Origin: Pasteurella multocida
GTDB taxonomy: Bacteria > Pseudomonadota > Gammaproteobacteria > Enterobacterales > Pasteurellaceae
Reading direction: 5' to 3'
NCBI RefSeq assembly: GCF_900187275.1
Contig: NZ_LT906458.1
Span: 1,740,001-1,772,000, forward strand
Length of the DNA stretch: 32,000 nucleotides
The position numbers were made by a program, and so were the translations under genes. The notes beneath the pieces were generated by a model. The model searched no databases. It was given only the letters and a program-made list of their open reading frames with translations, and was not told the DNA's origin. Shown here piece by piece: positions 7,801-16,430 of this stretch; position 1 is the stretch's first letter; every line of letters starts with the position of its first letter.

Positions 7801-8595
7801 TTACACCTTAGAGGCATGATCGTCATTAAAATATTGGTTCATATCAAAAGCGGGTTTCGCCGCTTGATCGCGAGCAATCACACGTGCCGGTACCCCCGCT
7901 GCGGTGGTATATTCAGGGACAGGTTGTAAAACAACCGAGTTTGCCCCAATTTTGGCATAACGTCCCACTTCAATGTTACCCAAGATTTTTGCCCCAGCAC
8001 CAATCATCACACCTTCGCGTACTTTAGGATGACGATCGCCACACTCTTTACCCGTACCACCCAAGGTGACGCCTTGTAAAATCGACACATCATTTTCAAT
8101 CACCGAGGTTTCTCCCACCACGATGCCTGTCGCATGGTCAAACATAATGCCACAACCAATTTTAGCCGCAGGATGGATATCCACATCAAAGGCGACCGAG
8201 ATTTGGTTTTGTAAATAAACAGCTAAGGCTTTCCGCTCTTGTTGCCATAAATAATGGGTAATCCGATAACTTTGCAAGGCATGAAAACCTTTTAAATATA
8301 ACAGTGGCGTAGAATATAATTCCACCGCGGGATCGCGTTGACGCACCGCACGGATATCACAGGCAGCACTGGCAATGATGTCAGGATCCGCCTGATAAGC
8401 TTCCTCAATAATTTCTCGCAAAGCAATGGCGGGCATAATCGTATTTGCCAATTTGTTGGCTAAAATATAGCTTAATGCATTACCAAGATTATGATGTTTC
8501 AAAATCGTTGCGTGAAAAAAGCTGGCCAAAATTGGCTCATTTTCTGCTAAGGTTTTTGCTTCCTGACGGATGTCCGTCCAAACCGCTAATGGCAT
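7801..8595 (-). CDS. cysE: Serine O-acetyltransferase CysE
   Basis: 264 aa. It has the N-terminal SATase helical domain (WTDIRQEAKTLAENEPILASFFHATILKHHNLGNALSYILANKL) and the left-handed beta-helix hexapeptide repeats (IHPAAKIGCGIMFDHATGIVVGETSVIENDVSILQGVTLGGTG). Confidence 0.93.
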   Translation of the reverse strand: MPLAVWTDIRQEAKTLAENEPILASFFHATILKHHNLGNALSYILANKLANTIMPAIALREIIEEAYQADPDIIASAACDIRAVRQRDPAVELYSTPLLYLKGFHALQSYRITHYLWQQERKALAVYLQNQISVAFDVDIHPAAKIGCGIMFDHATGIVVGETSVIENDVSILQGVTLGGTGKECGDRHPKVREGVMIGAGAKILGNIEVGRYAKIGANSVVLQPVPEYTTAAGVPARVIARDQAAKPAFDMNQYFNDDHASKV

Positions 8596-8622
8596 GTTAC
8601 TTACCTCGTTCTGCTTTCCTTA

Positions 8623-9636
8623 TTATTCCCCTTTGCGCTCACGTCCAAGTAGGCTTGCCGCCACGTCTTGTGCATTTTTACCACAGAATAAAACTTGATA
8701 AACTTGCTCTGTGATCGGCATTTCTATCCCTTGACGTTGCGCTAATAAATAGGCTTCTTTCGCGTTATAAAAGCCTTCTACCACTTGCCCGATATTGTCC
8801 ATTGCTGTTTGGGCTGAAAAGCCCTGACCGAGCATGATACCAAATCGGCGGTTACGCGATTGATCGTCAGTACAGGTTAACACTAAATCACCTAAGCCAG
8901 ACATGCCCATAAAAGTATTTGGATTCGCGCCTAATGAGGCGCCTAAACGGCTAATTTCCGCAATACCACGAGTAATCAAGGCTGTTCGTGCATTAGCACC
9001 AAAGCCCATACCATCCGACATCCCAGCACTGATCGCAATCACATTTTTAATCGCACCACCTAGCTGCACACCGATCATATCTTGATTAATATAAACTCTG
9101 AAATGTTTACTGCAATGGATACGTGCTTGGAATTCCAAAGCAAATTGTTCATTATTGGAGGCTAGGGCAATTGCGGTCGGTAAACCGGCAGCAAGCTCTT
9201 TCGCAAATGTCGGTCCAGATAATACCGCTAACGGGTGTTGTGTACCGAGCTTTTCCTCAATCACTTCTTGCAATAAACGCCCCGTATTGCGCTCTAACCC
9301 TTTCGTCGCCCAAGCAATGCGATGATCAGGGCGTAAATAAGGCTTAATTTTATCAATCACTTCCCCAAATACATGACTTGGCACCACAATTAACAGATCA
9401 CGTGATTGGCTTAAGGCACTGGCTAAATCAAATTCAATATGCAAGGCATCTGGAAAAGCAATATTCGGCAAAAAAGCGTTATTCTGACGTTCTTCACTTA
9501 AGCGTTGCATGTGAACAGGATCATGTCCCCAAAGATAAGTAGGGAAACCATTTCGAGAAAACGCAATCGCTAATGCGGTACCATAAGAACCTGCACCAAG
9601 TACCGTAATTGGAGAAGTGGCTACAGTCGTATTCAT
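8623..9636 (-). CDS. gpsA: NAD(P)H-dependent glycerol-3-phosphate dehydrogenase GpsA
   Basis: 337 aa with an N-terminal [10 protein letters not shown] dinucleotide fold. The GpsA blocks [26 protein letters not shown] and [20 protein letters not shown] are present. Confidence 0.93.
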   Translation of the reverse strand: MNTTVATSPITVLGAGSYGTALAIAFSRNGFPTYLWGHDPVHMQRLSEERQNNAFLPNIAFPDALHIEFDLASALSQSRDLLIVVPSHVFGEVIDKIKPYLRPDHRIAWATKGLERNTGRLLQEVIEEKLGTQHPLAVLSGPTFAKELAAGLPTAIALASNNEQFALEFQARIHCSKHFRVYINQDMIGVQLGGAIKNVIAISAGMSDGMGFGANARTALITRGIAEISRLGASLGANPNTFMGMSGLGDLVLTCTDDQSRNRRFGIMLGQGFSAQTAMDNIGQVVEGFYNAKEAYLLAQRQGIEMPITEQVYQVLFCGKNAQDVAASLLGRERKGE

Positions 9637-9703
9637 GTTATACTCCCGAAAAATGATGAAACTAAGTGAGGCAATTGGACATCATCTTAATAAATTAAGT
9701 GAT

Positions 9704-9732
9704 AAAATTTCGCTCTCACAGCGAGAGCGAAA
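9704..9732 (-). terminator. Modest hairpin terminator or attenuator between secB and gpsA
   Basis: The minus-strand transcript reads TTTCGCTCTC-gctgt-GAGAGCGAAA followed by TTTTATC. It begins 10 nt after the secB stop codon. Confidence 0.45.
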
Positions 9733-9741
9733 AGAGATAGA

Positions 9742-10254
9742 TTAATGAACGTCTTTATTTTCTTCTTCTGTGGTTTGTTCAGCTTGTTCTTGACGCTGTA
9801 AATAGTCCATAAACAACGCATCAAAATTCACAGGGGAAAGATTCAATGCAGGGAATGTACCGCGATTCACTAAGCTTGATACTAATTCACGCGCATAAGG
9901 GAAAAGCATATTTGGGCATTGTGAAGTTAAACAATGTGCCATTTGCATCTCTTCTAAACCACTAATGGTGAAAACCCCAGCTTGTTTGACTTCGCAGATA
10001 AAAGCAACATCACCTGAACTTTCCATGGTGGTTTCCACAGAAATATTTAAGCAAACTTCGTATAAATCATCACCGACTTGTTTCGCTTCTGTACTTAAAT
10101 CAAAACTGAGTTTTGGCTCCCAATCTTGTTGGAAAATATGTGGAAGATTAGGTGCTTCAAACGACACATCTTTCACATAAATGCGTTGGATTTGAAGTAC
10201 TGGTTGCTGTGTTGCTTGTGTATCTGCCGCATTCACTTGATTTTCTTCAGACAT
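9742..10254 (-). CDS. secB: Protein-export chaperone SecB
   Basis: 170 aa. [22 protein letters not shown]..., ...[13 protein letters not shown]..., ...[36 protein letters not shown] and the acidic C-terminal tail match SecB. Confidence 0.93.
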   Translation of the reverse strand: MSEENQVNAADTQATQQPVLQIQRIYVKDVSFEAPNLPHIFQQDWEPKLSFDLSTEAKQVGDDLYEVCLNISVETTMESSGDVAFICEVKQAGVFTISGLEEMQMAHCLTSQCPNMLFPYARELVSSLVNRGTFPALNLSPVNFDALFMDYLQRQEQAEQTTEEENKDVH

Positions 10255-10271
10255 GTTTAAATCCTTATGAT

Positions 10272-10712
10272 CTATTTTTTAATTAAAGGTAAATTTGCAG
10301 AACGCCAACCTGTAATGCCTTCTTTTAAGGTATAAACACGGTTAAATCCTTGTTTACTTAATAACTCGGCAGACGCACCGGCACTCATACCGGTTGCACA
10401 AGCCAGAATCACAGGCGTGTCTTTATGATGATGAATTTTACCGACATTATTCTTTTTGATTTCTGCGGGTAAAATATTCAAACTGTTAATAATATGACCA
10501 CGCTCAAACTCATCAATAGAGCGTAAATCCACCACAACGGCATCTTCATTATTCATCAAGCTTACCGCTTCCGCATTTGTCACCACTTTGACTTTTGAGG
10601 TGAAATCTTTCACAAAAGTATAAATGACCATAAAAAAGACCATTACCCACGCAAGTACCATTAAAGTATGGTTTTGGGCAAAGGCTTTTGCCATTGGAAT
10701 AAATTCTTGCAT
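10272..10712 (-). CDS. yibN: Membrane-anchored rhodanese-domain protein (YibN-like)
   Basis: I place the start at ATG 10712 ([11 protein letters not shown]...), which parallels the E. coli YibN N-terminus MQEIMQF. It has one N-terminal TM helix and then a rhodanese domain with an active-site-like loop ([11 protein letters not shown]). It lies next to secB-gpsA-cysE, as in E. coli. Confidence 0.8.
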   Translation of the reverse strand: MQEFIPMAKAFAQNHTLMVLAWVMVFFMVIYTFVKDFTSKVKVVTNAEAVSLMNNEDAVVVDLRSIDEFERGHIINSLNILPAEIKKNNVGKIHHHKDTPVILACATGMSAGASAELLSKQGFNRVYTLKEGITGWRSANLPLIKK

Positions 10713-10753
10713 TTTTTTCTCAGGATTAAGTTTAAAATAAGAGCTTAAGTATA

Positions 10754-10762
10754 ACCGCACTT
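10754..10762 (-). repeat. Uptake signal sequence core (Hin-type USS)
   Basis: Perfect ACCGCACTT. Confidence 0.9.
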
Positions 10763-10797
10763 TAAATATCTTTCAAAGCAAAGTATTCAAATTTTAA

Positions 10798-10839
10798 TTG
10801 ATCTACATTATAGATAGCCTACCTATTTATTGCTATATT
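10798..10839 (+). promoter_or_regulatory. Candidate class II FNR-dependent promoter of dcuB
   Basis: TTGAT-ctac-ATTAT (10798-10811) matches 8 of 10 positions of the FNR consensus TTGAT-N4-ATCAA. A TATATT -10 hexamer lies at 10834-10839, which puts the FNR-site centre about 42 bp upstream of the predicted start. Confidence 0.35.
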
Positions 10840-10923
10840 AATCCCGATTCTACGAAAGTAGGAAGGTAACGGATCATTTCTTTTCTGCAATCTTCATTCA
10901 AACTTATCACATAAGGATACATT

Positions 10924-12237
10924 ATGTTCTTCATTCAATTTGGCATAGTTTTACTATGTATTTTAGTCGGGGCACGTATTGGCGGTATCGGGCTCGGAGT
11001 TATGGGGGGCTTAGGACTTGCTATTCTCTCCTTTGGGTTTGGTTTAAAACCAGCCGGCTTACCTATCGACGTTATGTTTATGATCATGGCAGTCGTCTCT
11101 GCCGCCGCAGCGATGCAAGCGTCAGGCGGTTTAGATTATATGATCAAAATTGCGGCGCGTATTTTACGTAAAAATCCTAAATACATTACTTTTATGGCAC
11201 CTGCTGTCACTTGGACTTTCACCGTATTAGCGGGTACCGGGCACGTAGCTTATTCTGTACTACCGGTTATCGCGGAAGTCAGTCGCCATAATGGCGTACG
11301 CCCAGAACGCCCACTGTCTATGGCTGTGATTGCTTCACAATTCGCCATTGTGGCTAGTCCTATCGCGGCAGCCGTGGTTGCTGTAGTGAACTTTCTCGAG
11401 CCACAGGGCATCACCTTAGGGAATGTCTTATCTGTCACCATTCCAGCCACGGTATTAGGACTTTTTGTGGCGTGTTTATTTGTTAATAAAATGGGGAAAG
11501 AATTACATGAAGACCCTGTTTATTTAGCCAAATTACAAGATCCAGAATACGTTAAAGAAAGCCAAGCACAATCTACCATTGGTGAAGCTGACATCTCAGA
11601 TAAAGCAAAAGTATCTGTAGGTATCTTCTTGTTTGCTGCATTATTAGTAGTATTAATGGGGACGTTCCCAAGCTTACGCCCAACCTTTGATGGCAAAGCA
11701 ATGGGGATGGCACACACCATTGAAATCGTGATGCTTTCTGCAGGTGCACTCATTATGTTATTGTGTAAACCTGATGGCACAGCGGTAACTAAAGGATCGG
11801 TCTTCCATGCAGGTATGCGTGCTGTCATTGCGATTTTCGGTATCGCATGGCTAGGTGACACGCTTATGCAAGCCCATATTGTGGAAGTCAAAGATTCAGT
11901 AAAATACCTCGTTGAAACGGCACCATGGGCGTTTGCATTTGCACTCTTTGCCTTATCTGTATTAGTGAATAGCCAAGGGGCAACAGTCGCCACCTTATTC
12001 CCACTTGGTATTGCATTAGGTATCCCAGCACCGATCTTGATTGGTACCTTTGTGGCAGTAAACGGTTATTTCTTTATTCCAAACTACGGTCCAATCATTG
12101 CTTCTATTGATTTTGATACCACTGGAACAACACGCATTGGTAAATTCATTTTCAACCACAGCTTTATGCTCCCTGGTCTATTAAGCATGGCATTTAGCTT
12201 AGGTTTTGGTTTACTGTTTGCCAATTTTATTCTCTAA
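10924..12237 (+). CDS. dcuB: Anaerobic C4-dicarboxylate transporter (Dcu family, closest by eye to DcuB)
   Basis: 437-aa polytopic membrane protein. Dcu family blocks are present: [56 protein letters not shown] and [24 protein letters not shown]. The central [13 protein letters not shown] segment resembles DcuB more than DcuA. Confidence 0.85.
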   Translation: MFFIQFGIVLLCILVGARIGGIGLGVMGGLGLAILSFGFGLKPAGLPIDVMFMIMAVVSAAAAMQASGGLDYMIKIAARILRKNPKYITFMAPAVTWTFTVLAGTGHVAYSVLPVIAEVSRHNGVRPERPLSMAVIASQFAIVASPIAAAVVAVVNFLEPQGITLGNVLSVTIPATVLGLFVACLFVNKMGKELHEDPVYLAKLQDPEYVKESQAQSTIGEADISDKAKVSVGIFLFAALLVVLMGTFPSLRPTFDGKAMGMAHTIEIVMLSAGALIMLLCKPDGTAVTKGSVFHAGMRAVIAIFGIAWLGDTLMQAHIVEVKDSVKYLVETAPWAFAFALFALSVLVNSQGATVATLFPLGIALGIPAPILIGTFVAVNGYFFIPNYGPIIASIDFDTTGTTRIGKFIFNHSFMLPGLLSMAFSLGFGLLFANFIL

Positions 12238-12253
12238 GTAAACATTAGAAGAC

Positions 12254-12292
12254 AAAAACGCGGTTTGATATTGAATAAAACCGCGTTTTTTT
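12254..12292. terminator. Bidirectional terminator between dcuB and the convergent DUF853 gene
   Basis: AAAACGCGGTTT (12255-12266) pairs with AAACCGCGTTTT (12278-12289). It is flanked by A- and T-runs. Confidence 0.75.
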
Positions 12293-12334
12293 GTCGATGA
12301 CTTCAACAAGTCTCGTAAAACTTGCTTAAAAATG

Positions 12335-12343
12335 ACCGCACTT
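12335..12343 (-). repeat. Uptake signal sequence core (Hin-type USS)
   Basis: Perfect ACCGCACTT. Confidence 0.9.
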
Positions 12344-13842
12344 TATTTCTTCAATGCCCCCAAAATACCACGCATGATTTGCTTGGTCACTTGAGTACGG
12401 ATGTTACGTCCAACTGATTTCGCCACACCACTAACAATTTCTTCTGTCACAGTCAGTTTCTCACCGCGTTTTTTCGTACCAAAAATCATGCGACTTAAAC
12501 TGCCCATTAAACCACTTTCCTCTTCTTGTTGTGCTTGCTCTGCTTGCTTTTGCGCAACAGCAGCAAGATCTGCTTGTTGATTTAACACTTCAAAGGCAGA
12601 CTCATTATCAATCAATTCACGGTAAAAAGGATAAATATCATCGTCTTTAACCCAAGCATCGCGTTCTTCTTGTGCAATCGGTTTTAGCTGGCTACGTGGC
12701 GGGAAAATAAACGCTACTTCGACGGGGGTCGGCATCCCTTTTTCATCCAAAAAAGACACCAACGCTTGTCCCACACCAAGACTGGTGATCGTTTCCGTCA
12801 CATTAATCTTTGGATTAGTGCGGAACGTTTCGGCGGCAGCTTTTACCGCTTTTTGATCTCGTGGCGTGAAGGCACGTAAGGCGTGCTGTACACGGTTACC
12901 AAGCTGACCTAACACCGTATCCGGCAAATCTAACGGGTTTTGCGTCACAAAATACACACCAACGCCTTTAGAACGAATTAAACGCACCACTTGTTCCACT
13001 TTATCCACCAACACGGCGGGGGCGCCATCAAACAATAAATGTGCTTCATCAAAGAACATCACAAATTTCGGCTTTTCCGGATCACCAACTTCAGGTAAAG
13101 TCTCGAATAACTCTGACATGAGCCAGAGTAAAAAGGCACTGTACATTTTTGGTGAATTAATTAATTTTTCTGAATTCAGCACATTGATGACACCACGCCC
13201 ATCTCGTGTTTGTAACCAATCTTCTAAATTCAAAGCCGGCTCGCCAAACAAATTTGCGGCCCCTTGATTTTCAAGGGTAAGCAAGGCACGCTGAATCGCC
13301 CCCACACTGGCAGCTGAAACATTACCGTATTCCAATTGGAACGTTTTGGCATTGTCTGCTACATATTTCAACATCGCGCGTAAATCTTTTAAATCTATCA
13401 GCAATAGCCCTTTATCATCTGCAACACGGAACACTAAATTCAATAGCCCTTCTTGCGTGGCATTCAGATTTAAAAGACGCGATAACAGTAAAGGTCCCAT
13501 TTCTGAAATTGTAGTGCGAAGCGGAATACCCGTTTCGCCAAACACATCCCAAAATGAAACAGGATAGCCATTAAGGTAGCCTTCGCCACCCAAGCCAAAT
13601 TGCTCAATACGCTCAGCAATTTTTCCTTGAAATTGACCGGCTTTGACTAAACCAGATAAATCGCCTTTGACATCCACTAAAAAGACTGGCACACCGTCAT
13701 CACTAAAAGCTTCTGCCATAGTACGTAAGGTAACCGTTTTCCCAGTCCCGGTTGCTCCCGCAATTAAACCATGTCGATTTGCCATTTTGGCGGTGATCCC
13801 CAGTTGTTGTCCTTGTTCTGTTTGCGATAAAAGATATTGCAT
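12343..13842 (-). CDS. HerA/FtsK-like P-loop NTPase of the DUF853 (E. coli YjgR) family
   Basis: The start is placed at ATG 13842 (MQYLLSQ...). MANRHGLIAGATGTGKTVTL (Walker A) parallels the E. coli YjgR N-terminus. The Walker B-like block is KFVMFFDEAHLLF. The C-terminal tail is Gln/Glu-rich and then basic. Confidence 0.8.
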   Translation of the reverse strand: MQYLLSQTEQGQQLGITAKMANRHGLIAGATGTGKTVTLRTMAEAFSDDGVPVFLVDVKGDLSGLVKAGQFQGKIAERIEQFGLGGEGYLNGYPVSFWDVFGETGIPLRTTISEMGPLLLSRLLNLNATQEGLLNLVFRVADDKGLLLIDLKDLRAMLKYVADNAKTFQLEYGNVSAASVGAIQRALLTLENQGAANLFGEPALNLEDWLQTRDGRGVINVLNSEKLINSPKMYSAFLLWLMSELFETLPEVGDPEKPKFVMFFDEAHLLFDGAPAVLVDKVEQVVRLIRSKGVGVYFVTQNPLDLPDTVLGQLGNRVQHALRAFTPRDQKAVKAAAETFRTNPKINVTETITSLGVGQALVSFLDEKGMPTPVEVAFIFPPRSQLKPIAQEERDAWVKDDDIYPFYRELIDNESAFEVLNQQADLAAVAQKQAEQAQQEEESGLMGSLSRMIFGTKKRGEKLTVTEEIVSGVAKSVGRNIRTQVTKQIMRGILGALKK

Positions 13843-14018
13843 AAAATTGCCCTTAAACAAAAAATGATCGGTTCATCATAAGGAAAAAAAACAAGCGGGT
13901 CAAAATGTGAAAAGCAAAAATCACGAATGACTCACAAATTGAGTGCACTCTTGTCATTTTGTCTTTCGCAAGAAAAATGTTATATTGCCGAACTTTTAAA
14001 CATCAACGAAAAATCATT

Positions 14019-14342
14019 ATGTCTGCATTCTCTGAAATTTCACCACAACAAGCTTGGCAACTGGTGCAACAACACGCTGCTGCTTTGTTAGATATCCGCA
14101 ATGAAACACACTTTGCTCTCGCTCATCCAGCCCAAGCATTTCACTTGAGTCATCAATCCTATGGCGAATTTGAGATGCAATATGAAGATGATCATCCCGT
14201 CATTGTCATTTGCTATCATGGCGTCAGTAGCCGTGGTGCAGCAATGTATTTGATCGAACAGGGTTACACCCAAGTGTACAGTGTAACCGGCGGGTTTGAG
14301 GCTTGGGAACGAGATGGGTTACCAATCGAACGCATAGGTTAA
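14019..14342 (+). CDS. glpE: Thiosulfate sulfurtransferase GlpE (single-domain rhodanese)
   Basis: The start is placed at ATG 14019, giving 107 aa. [22 protein letters not shown] and the active-site loop [11 protein letters not shown], followed by GGFEAW, align with E. coli GlpE. The longer ORF-track start at 13959 adds a non-homologous leader. Confidence 0.85.
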
Positions 14343-14650
14343 TGAAACCCACCTGCTACATAGTACAGCATCCCATAAAACGCCACCGCACTAAGCCCTA
14401 ACAGCCCGCGTGCAAAAGGTGGTTTGTGTTGATTAAGACGATACGCAAGCCGTGCGATTAACGCTAAGCCAAAAGGATATGCCCATAAAAAAACGGACAT
14501 CAACGTGGTTTCCGTTTCACTCAGGCGAGGATTTTTCAACAAATTCGGTGAAATGGTTAAGGCTAACGGCCACAGCAAAATTGGCAAACAAAATAGTGCA
14601 ATCCCCCAACTAAACCCACTAAATCCTTTTGGCTTATTTTCTCTTTCCAT
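14339..14650 (-). CDS. Small integral membrane protein (three predicted TM helices), unknown function
   Basis: 103 aa with a GGAG ribosome-binding site 7 nt before the ATG. Three hydrophobic segments are present: [39 protein letters not shown] and [19 protein letters not shown]. Its stop codon overlaps the glpE stop codon on the opposite strand. Confidence 0.65.
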
Positions 14651-14707
14651 TCTTTACTCCATCTCGTTACAATAATGACATCTCAATACAGCTATGGAAT
14701 ATAACAA

Positions 14708-15583
14708 ATGCGATATTTATTTGGTAGTGAAATCCCCACATTGGCTTTTCGTTTTCGAGATTATATTCGTGCACAATTTAACGTAGAAGTGGAACTGCGC
14801 GAGATACAAGACGAAAACGGTCAACAAATTCAACTTTTTTTACCTCAACATGCACCGCACTTTGAGGCTATCCTTGCAGAAGTACCGCCTTTTCTCGCAG
14901 ACCCTTTTCATACCAAATATGAACAGGCAAGTTGGCAACGTGGAGATACACAGTCAACCACGACCTCACTAAAAGGAATGTTGCAGCAATCTGGACTCAC
15001 CCTCAGTGCATTACGTAGCCGATCGCGTACAGGTCCTTTCACCCTTTTTATTACTACGCTCTGCCTTGTGATCTATATTTTCCAGCTGACAGGCTATCAA
15101 GACAGTATTCTCACCTTGATGCATTATCCTGAGAATACACAGCAAGATACACAATTTTGGCGTTATTTATCACATACTTTCGTGCATCTTTCTCCCCTGC
15201 ATATTCTGTTTAATTTGTTATGGTGGTGGTTGTTTGGCCATACAATTGAACACCATTTTGGTACAGGAAAATTATTTCAGCTCTTCTTAATCGCCGGTTT
15301 ACTTAGTGGTTTTGCGCAAAATATTGCCTCCGGACCTTACTTTTTTGGCTTATCTGGCGTGGTGTATGCCGTCTTAGGCTATGTGTTAATTTATGATAAG
15401 TGGGGGAAAAACGCGGACTTCACTCTCCCTAGCGGGTTTTCCTTAATGCTGATTGTCGGGATTGTCAGTGGATTTATCAGCCCATTCTTTGGGGTTGAAA
15501 TGGGTAATACAGCCCACATTACTGGCTTAATTGTCGGCTTACTGCTCGGTTGGGCAACGATAAAGCCCACACTAAAAAGATGA
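14708..15583 (+). CDS. glpG: Rhomboid intramembrane serine protease GlpG
   Basis: 291 aa with a cytoplasmic N-terminal domain and then the rhomboid core. The core has WRYLSHTFVHLSPLHILFNLLWWW, the catalytic GLSGVVYA (Ser) and AHITGLIVG (His). Confidence 0.9.
   Translation: MRYLFGSEIPTLAFRFRDYIRAQFNVEVELREIQDENGQQIQLFLPQHAPHFEAILAEVPPFLADPFHTKYEQASWQRGDTQSTTTSLKGMLQQSGLTLSALRSRSRTGPFTLFITTLCLVIYIFQLTGYQDSILTLMHYPENTQQDTQFWRYLSHTFVHLSPLHILFNLLWWWLFGHTIEHHFGTGKLFQLFLIAGLLSGFAQNIASGPYFFGLSGVVYAVLGYVLIYDKWGKNADFTLPSGFSLMLIVGIVSGFISPFFGVEMGNTAHITGLIVGLLLGWATIKPTLKR
14854..14862 (-). repeat. Uptake signal sequence core (Hin-type USS)
   Basis: Perfect ACCGCACTT inside glpG. Confidence 0.9.
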
Positions 15584-15642
15584 TCAGCAAATAAAAATAG
15601 CATAAAATGCAATCAAAACTAGCCACAACATGAAGGCACTAC

Positions 15643-16272
15643 ATGAAACAATCTATTCGCCACCAAAAAATTCTTGATCTCGTTACACAAAAAGGCTACG
15701 TCAGTACAGAAGAGCTGGTTAGCCTCTTAGATGTCAGTCCCCCGACTATTCGTCGTGATTTAAATGAGCTGGCTGAGAAAAATTTAATTCGTCGTCATCA
15801 TGGTGGTGCTGCCTCGCCCTCTACGGCAGAAAACAGTGATTATGAAGATCGGAAAAACTTCTTCTTGAAAGGGAAAAACTGCATTGCTCAGCGAGTTGCC
15901 AGCTTAATTCCAAACGGTGCTTCCTTGTTTATTGATATTGGTACCACACCAGAAGCGGTAGCGAAGGCACTCTTAAATCATCAAAAATTACGCATTGTGA
16001 CCAATAACATTAATGCCGCTTATATCCTAATGCAAAATGAAACCTTTGATATTATTTTGGCGAGTGGTTCATTACGTCAAGACGGGGGGATTATTGGTGA
16101 GGCAACCGTTGCCTTTATTTCACAATTCCGTTTAGATTTTGGTATTTTAGGTATCAGTGGTATTGACTTAGATGGCTCACTGTTAGACTACGACTACCAT
16201 GAAGTACAGGTCAAACGCGCCATTATCGAAAGTTCTCGCCAAACCTTATTAGTGACGGATCACTCCCTGTAG
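15643..16272 (+). CDS. glpR: DeoR-family glycerol-3-phosphate regulon repressor GlpR, C-terminally truncated reading frame (209 aa; possible pseudogene)
   Basis: The N-terminal HTH (YVSTEELVSLLDVSPPTIRRDLNELAEKNLIRRHHGGA) and most of the DeoR sensor domain (LFIDIGTTPEAVAKALL..., IIGEATVAFISQFRLDFGILGISGID, DYHEVQVKRAIIESSRQTLLVTDHS) are present. The frame stops right after DHS, where E. coli GlpR (252 aa) continues for about 43 more residues. Confidence 0.8.
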   Translation: MKQSIRHQKILDLVTQKGYVSTEELVSLLDVSPPTIRRDLNELAEKNLIRRHHGGAASPSTAENSDYEDRKNFFLKGKNCIAQRVASLIPNGASLFIDIGTTPEAVAKALLNHQKLRIVTNNINAAYILMQNETFDIILASGSLRQDGGIIGEATVAFISQFRLDFGILGISGIDLDGSLLDYDYHEVQVKRAIIESSRQTLLVTDHSL

Positions 16273-16350
16273 TAAGCGATATGGAGGTGATCTTAACCAA
16301 TGCCTACTATGGTTATGATGCCAATCAATACTAATTACCTCTTAACCCCG

Positions 16351-16359
16351 AAGTGCGGT
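16351..16359 (+). repeat. Uptake signal sequence core (Hin-type USS)
   Basis: Perfect AAGTGCGGT in the glpR 3' remnant region. Confidence 0.9.
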
Positions 16360-16406
16360 CAATACTGAAAACGTTTTGATAGCACGTTCACTCAAACAAT
16401 AACAAT

Positions 16407-16430
16407 CCGCCCGTAAAACGGGCGGTTTTT
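16407..16430 (+). terminator. Rho-independent terminator, probably the original glpR terminator
   Basis: CCGCCCG-taaaa-CGGGCGG is followed by TTTTT. It starts at about the position where a full-length (~252-codon) glpR would end. Confidence 0.75.

Noticed and set aside
11520-11993. 157-aa minus-strand ORF inside dcuB, plus ORFs at 10956-11171 and 11250-11450
   Set aside because: These are shadow ORFs in a membrane-protein gene. Their Ala/Thr/Ser-rich translation is typical of antisense reading.
13976-13995. GlpR-operator-like sequence AATGTTATATTGCCGAACTT upstream of glpE
   Set aside because: Both half sites are only partial matches to WATGTTCGWT/AWCGAACATW, and the spacing is off by one. 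The match is too weak to call.
16300-16368. 22-codon ORF (MPTMVMMPINTNYLLTPKCGQY) preceded by GGAGG in the glpR 3' remnant
   Set aside because: The GGAGG-to-ATG spacing is long (12 nt), the peptide has no recognisable features, and the region is better explained as decayed glpR coding sequence carrying a USS.
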